NCBI GenBank assembly: GCA_024137785.1
Contig: JAHRHZ010000145.1
Location: 35,791,435-35,855,434, forward strand
Direction: 5' to 3'
Source: Ginglymostoma cirratum
Lineage: Eukaryota
Length of the DNA stretch: 64,000 nucleotides
In this document: in pieces, positions 36,701 to 48,700 of the stretch
How positions within the stretch are numbered: the stretch's first letter is position 1
How the letters are laid out: each line of letters opens with the position of its first letter
The notes under the pieces: model-generated
Databases searched by the model: none
What the model was told of the DNA's origin: nothing
What the model saw: the letters and a program-made list of their open reading frames with translations, nothing else
Position numbers and translations under genes: made by a program

Positions 36701-39700
36701 TCTGCTGTATTTGAATGTGAAGTGTCCTTTGATGATGCCATTGTAACCTGGTTTAAGGATACAGTGGTGCTGAAAGAAAGTCCAAAATACAGCTTCAGAA
36801 GTGATGGGCGACGACACTTTATGACTATCCATAATGTCACAACAGAAGATGAAGGTACATATAGTATAACAATTAAATGTGTCATTTTTATTAGAGTAGA
36901 CGTCTGTATCAGTTGTCTGTTTGCAAAGTTGGCACTTGAGTTAACTTTGAGGGAAGAAACAGAGAAGTTACACTTATATGGAATCTTGGTTAGGTCACAT
37001 TTAGAGTACTGCACTTGTTCATCGCACAGTGGTAACAGAATCATGCCTGCCTCTCACCCACTCCTGCCTTCCTCACTAACATTTTACCCACAATAGAGAA
37101 GGGGTTGTGCAGTCTACTCATTTGTGAGCCAATTAAAGCCCTTAGCAGCAGATTTAATGGTGTTCTCTTTCCATTGCTGGGATTGGTGGCTGACAAGGAA
37201 ATTAGATTTCCTTTGAGAGCCCCTATGTGCTGAAGTCCCCACAAGAGTCCCGCTACTCGTTTCATTTCAGCTTCTCACTGCCCAATCCAACCTGGATGTG
37301 CCAGGATAACCCCAGTGAGGTCTTGTACCTTCAAGTCCAGCTCCATAATCCATTTCCATCTGGGACTTGCAGCAGTTCCAACAATGGCCATAGCTGTAAG
37401 TGTCACTGCTGGGAAGAAAGTTGCCTACCATTTAAGTTCCTAGCAGTTCTCTCATGTGGAGACATGCTTCTTGATGGGAGTGGAAGGCCCACCTCAAGAC
37501 ATTTAACACCCGCTAAGTGGTTGCAGGGTACATTTACCAAGCTGGAGAGGACTCATCCCTAACTTTTATGCTGGGGTCAGGGACCCTAATGCCCACCACC
37601 TTTAAAATTCAGCCGTATTTATGAATAAGGATAGAGAAACACTGGAGAAGGAACACGGAAAATTTGGAAACATGAACTTATATCTAATCAGTTTAGGAAA
37701 TAAAAGAGTGCTGGCAAAGGAAAAAGCTGAAAGGTGACCTGATAGAATTCTTTAAAAATGAGAGCGTTATACGGAATAGATGAAAATAAAATGTTCCAAT
37801 TATGGGGTAGATAAATCTTAGGACCATAAATACAAGATAATCACTAGTAAGTAGCTCGGGAGAAATATCTTTATTCCACACAGATTATTTAAATTTTTTT
37901 GCTGCAGAGAAATATTTGAGGTAAATAGCATAAACATATGAAAGGGAAGTCAAAATGAGTAAATGGGGGAGATAATAGTGGACAGGTATATTGATAAAAT
38001 GAAATAATACATAGAGGGAGGAGCCTTACCTGGAGCATAGACGCAGGCAAATATCTTGTGCCATGATTGGCCTGTTTCTGTGCTGTGAATACAAGTCGTA
38101 CCTTCCTAATCTCTGTTCTGACAAACTCTGCGATCTGGCGCATTCTTCCAGCACAAATGCTGCGGTATTTTCATGTTTCCAAAGAACCCGCAGTCCTTCC
38201 AGTTTCCAAAATTGCACCAGATGGTAAAAAGATCGTCAACATTCTCTAAAATAAGTGCTTTTCAACTCACTTTATGTCACATGACTCTTTTTAAGCATGT
38301 TTAAAAAAAACCTTCCATCCTAACCCTAATGGGTAACCCGTTGTGGTCCAGCAAATTCTATGGTCCAGCAAAGACACTTCCTGAGGCTATCAGATCGTGG
38401 AGGGATAACTGTACTGTGACAGTGCGTTATGTTGATTTCAAGTAAAACAAGGGCAAATACAGGAGTATGCAATTGTATTTTCCAGGGGTTTATTCAGTTA
38501 TTGCTCAACTTGAGCCAAGAGGTGAAGCTAAAAGTACTGCAGAACTTTATGTTTCAAGCCAAGGTAGGTGCAATTATAAATTAATGCAGCTTTTAAATAA
38601 AACTAAAATATTTCATTTATGATTTTATTAATTTTCATTCATGCTAAAATCTATTCTTTACAGAAATCACCTTGAAGCCCAGGAAACCTGGTGGGTAATC
38701 TGTCTACAAAAAACTAATACTCGAGTTCTTAGAATTTCCTCAATATTATCATAATGTATAAGCAGATCTAAGTGTTTTCATCTTCATTAAGTTAAAATAT
38801 CATAACAGTGCAAAAAATGAACAATGGCAAATAACTTTAATTACAAATATTTTTGAACAAGCATTTATTTGTATCTTTATTTTAGAGCTAGACACACAAG
38901 ATAAGCTGGTGATCAATAATTTAAAATGAGCTCCTAGCATGACAGTTGGTCAATGATGTTAATATTATTATTCAATCTTTTTCATAATATAGTTGAAATA
39001 TTTAAACCTAAAATACCAGTTACAAATTTCATTTCATTTCTTGTATTAAATTGTTCAATCAAATAGTAGTACAAGGGTGAAAGATGAAAAAATAATTAGC
39101 ACTCTTTTGTATTGTTTAGATCTCCCTGACCATTGGAATTCCTGTGTTAAAGCAAAATAATTTACCACTAAGAGAGCAGTTTAAGAATGTAATATCAAAG
39201 AAGTCTTCGTTTAATTGGGGAATGTATGGATTTTTCTGTCAAAGTAAAATTTTAATCAATTATTGTTTATTGTCAAAACGACATGTTGGATTCTTGAGTA
39301 TAATTTTCAGCTGAAGATTTGAAGTTCCTTTGTGTCGTCTGTCTGTTTGTGATCTGTTCAGTAAGCTGCATAAATACAATGTACTTGGAATAATTAGTTA
39401 TTTACATTTTTTTCTCCTTTCTATATGTTAGGAAAAGAATGGGCAGAAGAAATAGGTAACTTTTTTTGTCTTTTAATAAGATTTGAAAAGTGATAAACCC
39501 TTGATATTACTGCATTCTAAAAGGAATTGAAACGTGAAAGTAAAAAATACAGTGATGCCAGAAATCTGAAATTGAGCCAGATGCTGGAGAAACCACTAGA
39601 TCTGGCAGTATGTGGGAGGAAAGAAAAAGAATTAATTGATTGATTCTTAACAGACAAGGAGAAGCATGGGTTTCAGAAGGGAGTTAAAATCCGTGAAGGT

Positions 39701-42700
39701 GATGCCAGGTTGGAATTCTAACAGAGATAGTCGGAACTGCAGATGCTGGAGAATCTGAGACAACAAGGTGTAGAGCTAGATGAACACAGCAGGCCAAGCA
39801 GCATCTAAGGAGCAGGAAAGACCCCAGAAGGGTCCAGACCCGAAATGTCAACTTTCCTGCTCCTCTGATGCTGCCTGGCCTGCTGTGTTCATCCAGCTCT
39901 ACACCTCGTTATCTCAGACTCCAGCATCGGCAATTCCTACTATCTCTGAGTACATAGAGTGGATTGCTTTTTCAGTTGAGCTGGTGTATTTTTCAGTTGA
40001 GCTGGTGTATGGACTCCCTTTGAACATTGTAACTTTTCAGATTCAAATGTGCCCAGCTGAGAGAATTTTCCCATTGGCCTCCAGTGTCCCATGGATAGTG
40101 GGGGCTAGTTTAGTTGTTTGGTGACAGCCTCCTAGCAGGAGATTGAATGAAGCCAGTGGTTACAGACAAGCATAGAGCCTGGGTGCTGCACTAGCTGTGC
40201 TCTGTCCTGTGCAGAGGAGCAAGCTTGAAGACTTCTGATTGGCCTTCTAGCTTTGGTAGCCTACCCACTATGCTGAATCAGTGGCGACCCCACTTTCTGG
40301 CATTAATCAGCTGCTCTGAGGAAAACAACAATTGCCGCATGTTTCCAAGTTCTGACCCACATTTCAGCTGGATGGCAGGATTCAGAAGCACACAGAAAAT
40401 CCTGTATTTCTCACTCCACAGATGCCGCCAAACCTCCCATGTATTTCCACCATTTTTATTTTCATTATAATTAAAATGTGCAATGGCTGTATGATTTCTT
40501 CATGTTGTACCATTGCCATGAAAACATCTGCAAAATTTCATATGTATCGTTAAAAAGCATGGTCACCCTCTATCAAAATGCATAATAATATTTAGAGCCT
40601 AATGTTTCAACAAACAGTATGTTTGCTCAATAGATATGCTTTTGTAGAAATATTTGCAATGCAATTCTTGCATTCCTTCCTTTTGTGAGTGGTGGAAAAC
40701 TGGAGCTAATATCTTGGCCACCTATTGTACGCATGCTCAGCTTTTCTTCTCATTGGCTTTAAAGGAGAAGAAAGGAAAATTAGATGGCAGACAACAGGTG
40801 ACAAATCTATGACTGTGGCATTTCCATCACTGCTAAGAAATTTAAATCAACCTCTTGGATTGCAAGAAGCATTGCGTCATTACAAAGTTTAAATGTTTTT
40901 GACATTATACCTCGTCTGTACTTTCGTCTCCCTTTCTCCCAATTATTTTTACTTCCTCAGTTCTCACTGATATTTTTGCCATTTAAACTATGTATATTTC
41001 TATCCAAGATCACACTGTAACTTTTCTTTCATACGAGACATTTTTCTTTGTCACTCATTTATTGAAAACCTGTTTTTTGAACCTGCTAATGTGAAAAATA
41101 ATTGGGCGGCTATACTGCAATCCTGATAACAAAGGCCTGTAGCTCGCCTGACTTTGGGCTGTAGGTGTCATCTGTTTAAAACCAGTCAGCTGCCATGCCC
41201 AATGAGCATCCTCATGCAGCACACAGATCAGAGCTGTGAAAATTCAGCAGGCTCCAATTTGTTTCCAGCTTACAATTGCTTTCTGGTAAAGAACCATCAA
41301 ACCTTTTCTTCAAGTGCTGTCATTGGTACAGGACACTTTAGACCTTTAAAAACTGAACAGAGCTTTGGGGTTTTTAAAGACATTAGCTCGTTGATTACAG
41401 TATCTAAAGGACCTCATCCTGTTTCCAATAGCTGCTTTTCCGGGAAGAATCTGATACTGGTGACCCATCTTTCATATTTTAACCAGAAGTCAAAGATGAC
41501 ACACACTGATTTCTACCTCTCTGCTTGTAATCCTTTGACTTATTGCGTTGTTCGGAAACCTGTTAAATCTGGATCAGTCAGTTCCTTTCACAATGGTATG
41601 CAGTCTTAATCAGATGAAACCACCTGCTGGCTCTCTAAAATATATTATTGCAGTCTGAGTCTAATTTACTGTAATACCTGTAAAATCTGCTATTTATGTT
41701 CTGATCATCAAAATGATTAATCATTGGTGTAAATTTAGCATATTTATGTGATTAAACCCCTCTTTTGCTATTTATGTTGATTTATTTTGGCAATACTTTA
41801 CTTTAAACGGGACTATAATGTCATTAAGCAAACTGATATTGAAAAGACGTTGAAAATGACTGTGTAAGAGCAAAATTGTTGAAATGTAAATGTATCTAAC
41901 TAACATTGGGTTGTGACTGTATCTACCATTATCAATATTAATTCAGTTTACTTTTATTCTATTTTGTTTTACTAAGTCAGTTCCTCAATTAAGAAATCAG
42001 CGCACATAATTGAACAATATATTGCCAAATAAAAGCACAAATAGAAAAGTGGAATATGTTAATGTTTTTATGGAAATTGTTTTAATAAATTTAGAATTTT
42101 CTTGTTTTATGTTTTAAAAGTATACTATTCTGTCTCAAGTGTTATGTATGAAAGTTATTGATTGTAAACTAATATAAAATCAATCTTTTGAAGTTGCAGA
42201 AAAATATGAGATCAGTGAAGATATTTCGTACACAATATTGGAGGAAGAGGAATACGGCCGTTGGAAAGGTACAGACAGAATTTTGTTATCTCAATTAAGA
42301 ACCTAGCCAAAACTTACTTTCTAAGATTTTTAGAAAACATAAATATTTGGGTGAGGTTTCAGAAAACAACTAGTGTTCAAAGAATTGCATACATCATTAC
42401 CCACGCTTTAACAAGTAAATATGCATTTACCCAAACGTGGTGCTTTTTAAATAATCATATTCAGTGAAGCAAAATCAGCACATCATAGGTCTTTGGTCGA
42501 ATTTCTCAAATGTGCTTTTTTTTTAACCAAAGCAGAAGTGGTGTAACATCATTTTTCTTTTAAAAGTTCCCACAGCTCCCGAGGAGATTACTCAATACAT
42601 TTCTGTTGAAGAAGAAGCTTATTTAAAAGAAGGTACAAAGTGAACAGTGTTGTGTTTTTGAACCAGTGAGCGCTTTGTGCCACTATAATTTTATCTTGAT

Positions 42701-45700
42701 GATCTTTTCTTTTAAATAATCCCTTTCATGTAATTATTCTTCTCTTTTATATTGCTAAAATGCACTTCACCAACTTTTTGAATTCAGATCTTTGCTTGAC
42801 TGTGGCATAAATTCAGACCTTTTTTGTATGTGTGTGTTTGTCTTGGACTCCATATTAGAACATAGAACATTGAACATTACAGCGCAGTACAGGCCCTTCG
42901 GCCCTCAATATTGCGCCGACCTGTGAAACCAATCTGAAGCCCATCTAACCTACACTATTCCATTATCATCCATATGTTTATCCAACGACCATTTAAATGC
43001 CCTTAAAGTTGGCAAGTCTACTACTGCTGCAGGCAAGGCATTCCACACCCTTACTACTCTCTGAGTAAAGAACCTACCTCTGACATCTGTCCTATATCTA
43101 TCACCCCTCAATTTAAAGCTATGTCCCCTCGTGCTAGCCATCACCATCCGAGGAAAAAGGCTCTCGCTGTCCAATCTATCTAATCCTCTGATCATCATGT
43201 ATGTCTCTATTAAGTCACCTCTTAACCTGCTTCTCTCGAACAAAAACAGCCTCAAGTCCCTCAGCCTTTCCTCATAAGGCCTTCCCTCCATACCAGGCAA
43301 CATCCTGGTAAATCTCCTCTGCACCCTTTCCAATGCTTCCACATCCTTCCTATAATGCGGCGACCAGAACTGTACGCAATACTCCAAGTGCGGCCGCACC
43401 AGAGTTTTGTACAGCTGCAAAATGACCTCATGGCTTCAAAACTCAATCCCTCTACCAATAAAACCTAGCACACTGTACGCTTTCTTAGCAACCCTATCAA
43501 CCTGGGTGGCAACTTTCAGGGATCTATGCACATGGACACCGAGATCTCTCTGTTCGTCCACACTACCAAGAATCTTACCATTAGCCCAGTACTCTGTATT
43601 CCTGTTACTCCTTCCAAAGTGAATCACCTCACACTTTTCCGCATTAAACTCCATTTGCCACCTCTTAGTCCAGCTCTGCAGCTTATCTATGTCCCTCTGT
43701 AACCTGCAACATTCTTCCGCACTATCCACAGCTCCACTGACTTTAGTGTCATCCGCAAATTTACTAACCCATCCTTCTATGCCCTCATCCAGGTCATTTA
43801 TAAAAATGACAAACAGCAGTGGCCCCAAAACAGATGCTTGTGGTACACCAGGAGTAACTGATCTCCAGGATGAACATTTCCCATCAACCACCACCCTCTG
43901 TCTTCTTCCAGTCAGCCAATTTCTGATCCAAACTGCTAAATCAACCTCAATCCCATGCCTCCGAATTTTCTGCAATAGCCTACAGTGGGGAATCTTATCA
44001 AACGCTTTACTGAAATCCATATACACCACATCAACCGCTTTACCCTCATTCACCTGTTTAGTCACCTTCTCAAAGAACTCAATAAGGTTTGTGAGGTTTG
44101 TGTAGAGCAAAGTTTGATTGACTTGTGGAAGTCTGATTCCAGTCAGTTAATTTGTGTTTTACTGTTTCAAAATTTGTGTAAAAATTCAAGAAAATCTTCA
44201 TGGGCTAACTAAGTTTTGCTTAGGATTTTCAAAAGAGTTTAAAATGTCATTGTATTTACATTAGATTAATACTTTGGATATTGACACTAATTAGCCAAGA
44301 ACTCTTTTTAAATGGCAAACATATGAATTTTCAAAATTTGAGATGTGTTGTCAAATTTCCTGTTGTACTAACCTATGTCTGTTGAGCATCTGCTACAGTT
44401 TTGTATTTTCTTCGAACGTCTTTTGTTGATATTTGTTTGTTCTGGTCCAAGATCATGGTCAAGCCTTTTATTTAATATATTGAGTTGGTTTTCCTGTACT
44501 TCCTTTAAACTCTTTTTTGTGCCTTTCCTGCGTACAATGTAGCCAAAATGAAACATTAATAGCTGCACACATGTTTTTAAAATGGTAAATATATTCATCT
44601 ACTCAGCGTACACCAAACACTTAATAAACATAATACATTTTGGAAATATGAAGGAACCATTTGCAAATAGTTTGAACTCAAAAATATATTTATATAATAA
44701 TTTTCTAGCTGCCTTGCCAATATCCAGCTGATGTGCATTTTCTTGCAAGTATGTGAGTGTTTGTCGATGTGAGACCACAGAACCTTTGTTAATAGAGTTT
44801 GTTCAAAGTGTATAAATGTCTTTTGTTAGTTGTTGTAGTCTACAATAACAATAATGTCTTTGAAGTGTCTGGCGTTGGCAAAATATCCGTTCCTGAGAAA
44901 GTACCTGAACCAGCTGCTCCCCCTCGTCTTTCTATTGAACAGGAACCAGTTCCACAAAAAGGTACAAAAAGCTTGCAATCTGTGCAACGCACCATGTGTG
45001 TCCTGTGGATCTCATTAGTCTTCATTGCGTTTACTTACAACGAATAACGTCTTGTTGTATTTAGTTTTGTTTCTTCTTTATTTTTGTAGAATGCTTTCTG
45101 AGTTGATACACTTGATCAGAGCTGTTTTTGTTCTTCATAATTGCTCTTAATTGTGTACACAACAATCAGTGTTATTTTTAATGTTACTTAAAACTTGTAA
45201 AATAGTCGAACCTTTGTTTATACTTTTTCATACTAATTTAGAAATATGCATCTTTTAAAAATTATATCCAAGTGAGGTCGTTTGGATTTGCTGTCAGTCA
45301 GGACTAATAACCTTCACTAATAATCTTTACATGTCACAGACTGGCAAGAAGGGAGCAGTTCAAAAGTTTGCTCCCAAACTCTTTCATAAGCATTCTTGAA
45401 TGAATGAAACCAGTTCCATCCGTATGATCAGCTAAAACCAAAACCTGAAATTACTCCCATTGCAGAATCTCTAGTTGCCTTTAGTCAACTGCTACCATGA
45501 CCATAACATTTTCATTTGCTTTGAAAACTGATAACCAGAACAGATCCAATATTTAGATTTGATTTCCTGTGGTTATATTTTTGCAGGAACCATTCATAGC
45601 GAGGGCTTGATGCATATCCAACAACATTTTGTTCAATCTGGCTAATGTCACATTTCACCAATCCCATTCCAAACATATTAACAATAAATAGTGAATGTTC

Positions 45701-48700
45701 AAGCATACATAATTGTATTAGGCTTTCAACTCATAGGATTGGTCGTCATTGTTATGTATTTATCACTTATTAGTATTCTTCTGTATCACGTCTGTGCTTT
45801 GTGGTCTAACTGTTTGTAATGTACACTCATGTTTTATTTCCTTTTCATAAATATTGAAGTTAATTTTCTTGAATGTACTTTATCTAAAATTGAACATATT
45901 CTTTAAAGAGCCTACAAAACGTATTATTGAGGAAGTTGAACAAGTTACAGTTTCAAGAAAGGAAGTAGTTCCTCCAAAAAAGGGTATGGGATATTCATGG
46001 CATATTTTTAAATGATATTTTGAAATGTGCAAGAGCCTGGTGCCAATGCTGTTTGTCTCTGTTGGGCCCCTTCCCTAATGAATTTATTGGCAGGGGATCA
46101 ATTAATTGGGCACATGGAGACCCAACCTCCTCCCTCTGCCCCTATTTGGTATACAGCAGGAAGGCACTTGAATGACTTTCCCATGCCACCACTAATTGAG
46201 ATCCTCAAGTGTGTAATTTATGCTCACTCTCCTTGCTGATGGTATTTATCCAGCAGTGGGCAGAGGCCCTGCCAATCAGGAAGCCGAAAGAGTTCATATA
46301 GTGCAGTGGTACTGTCCCTACCACTGAGCCAGGAGCCCCAACTTCAAGTCCCACTTGCTCCAGAGCTGTGTAACAGCGTCTCTGAACAAGTAGTTTTAAA
46401 AATACCTACAGGAACAAAAACCTTTTCAAGTTTTCTTGGGGGATGCAGCAATGTGGGGAGTGAAGGTCCCTCATTCAAAGGAGTAGTGCTTGATTGAGGG
46501 GCACTGCATCAAGAAGGGTGGAGACTTGCCAGAATTAATCTCCCCCTGCAGTTGCAACTAATCCCCTTCTCCCGGTCTGTGACACCCCGCCCTCCAATCC
46601 TGATATCACTCATATTTCCTCGGTCTGGCCTGAAATGGGTGTAATCCTGGCTGCAGCCACCACTCCTATGGCCCCCTATGCTAGCCTTCCTATGGCTAGC
46701 ATCTCTAAGGGGCTGGATCTGCACCCTCAAGATCCTTCATCCTGGGGATTGTATTCATCCACTGCTCAGTTGATTTCCTGATTGGCACATAATTTTTCTT
46801 CCTTCATTAACGGGGTGAGGGCATCGCTGGCTAGGCAGCATTTATTACCTCTTCCTAATTGCCCAGAGGGCAATTCAGAGTCCACATTGCCGTGGGTCTG
46901 GAGTTACATGTAGGCCAGACCCGGTAAGGATGGCATTTGCCTTCCCTAAAGGGTATAGGTGAACCAGATGGATTTTTTCTGACAATCAGCATTGGATTCA
47001 TGGTCATCATTAGACTCTTAATTCCATCTTGTTGTTGAATTCAAATTCCACCGTCTGCCGTGGCAGGATTCAAACCCGGGTCCCCAGATCATTATCTGGG
47101 TTTCTGGATTAACAGTCCAGCAATAATACCACGACCATCGCCTCCCCTGTAGGCCTTCCTGAAACAAGGCAGTGTGGATCCTGTATATGTGAGGTGTCAG
47201 TGTACATCTTCTGCAGTGAGGTTGCTTACATCTTGTACTTTATAATTTTGTTTGTTTGTGAAATTGATGGACACATTGAATGAGATACGCACAATTGGAG
47301 ACAACACAGCAGCCCACGTCCTTTCTTTTAGAGAAGCCTCACCACATACTTTCCATTCAGGTACTTTCCTGATCCATGGTCCGTCTTCCCCTAGGGCCAT
47401 GGAGCCTGCTGGGGGGTGAGGTGGTAGAAACCCTGCCAGTCAATAGTTGCCAGCCAGAGATGAGGGAGAGCAGTTGGAGGTAGTTGTCAGTGAAAACGTT
47501 TGGCAGCTTAGGAAGGGGCTTGTCTCTCTGGGTCTCTTCTTCCCAGATTAAGCAGGATCTATCTGTAAATTAAGGAATACCCCAATTCTGGTAGCCTGCG
47601 AGCAATCCAATGTTTATTGTTGGGTTCCCTGTGTGGGACATTAATTGTCCGCTTAGGGGCCTTAGTTGGTGACAAAGCAAGAAGGATAGCCATGGAGATA
47701 GCAGGAACTGCAGATGCTGGAGTCAGAGATAACAAAGCACTTGTTATCCAAAGCTGGAGGCTCACAGCAGGCCAGGCACTATCAGAGGAACAGGAAAGAT
47801 GATGTTTTCGGTCAGGACCCTTCTTTCTAAGGATATCTAAGGACAGCCATGGGTCGTCTTGCCACTGACTTAATTGGGGTAGAGGTGGAAAAATGGCGGG
47901 TATCTCTCTGCTTGATTACATCCACCAACTCCATTCTCCCTACCAAACCAGCCAAGGGGAGGGCTTAAGAATCTTCTCATTAATTCTGGGGGCTTGTTCA
48001 TAAATTCTAATATATCCTTTCAGTGAATATTACAATCCAGTTAGTAAGTGTATTCTCATTTCAGTCAGAATTCTATAGGTTATTACAATTGAAATAATCT
48101 GACTTCATAATCCCATCATGTTAGAAACTGTTAAATCAGAACATTTTTGAAGCGGAAGAGGGATTGTAACAAGCAACTTAGTAGCCAACAGGAAATCTTC
48201 AGCAGTTGAAACTTCACCCGATGGAAATCAAGGCTGTGAATGCCCCTCTACATGCTGCACATTGAATTTGAGGCATATCTGTATTGACAAAGAATTTGAA
48301 ATCTTGTTGAGGAGAATTTGAAATGTTGTTGAGGAGACATGTTTTTCTGCTCCCTAGCATGGCAGTTTATTTGTCAGTCCAGTCAAAAACATAAAACTGC
48401 TGTATATGGCGAATGACATTCTGTTAATGAAAAGTCATATTCATAGTGCTACTGGTAATGATAGGCCAAATGGAGATTTACAAGTAAAATCTGATAGGCT
48501 AGTTGAGAATAAGTCTATGTACAGAAGAACCATGATGCAAAACGAGAAATTATTGTGTGACTGGAACAAGATAGTACACTGTCAAATGTATTAATTGGCT
48601 TGTTTGTGTTTACTGTTATGTGTATTTCTGTGATGGAATCTTCTGAGTGCATGTTTTTGATATTCTTTGTCCAAAATTAAATTGCTTAAAGTGCCCGAAG

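Noticed and set aside
563-37096. ORF-track Ig ORFs as standalone small genes
   Set aside because: Their starts and stops lie in introns or mid-exon; the true units are AG/GT-bounded exons of one gene.
38886-38908. Candidate micro-exon ELDTQDKL after a good acceptor
   Set aside because: The only nearby donor (gtgatc) is weak and gives 23 nt, which breaks frame.
39120-39143. Candidate 24-nt micro-exon DLPDHWNS
   Set aside because: In frame with a plausible acceptor, but the donor cct|gtgtta is very weak; unsupported without RNA data.
42950-44110. CR1 ORFs as an active retrotransposon or domesticated RT
   Set aside because: 5'-truncated, lacks the endonuclease and is split by a frameshift near 43430.
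45340-45390. Acceptor-like site with branch point followed by DWQEGSSSKVCSQTLS-stop (possible terminal or poison exon)
   Set aside because: No good in-phase donor, no PEVK character, and no clear polyadenylation signal nearby.
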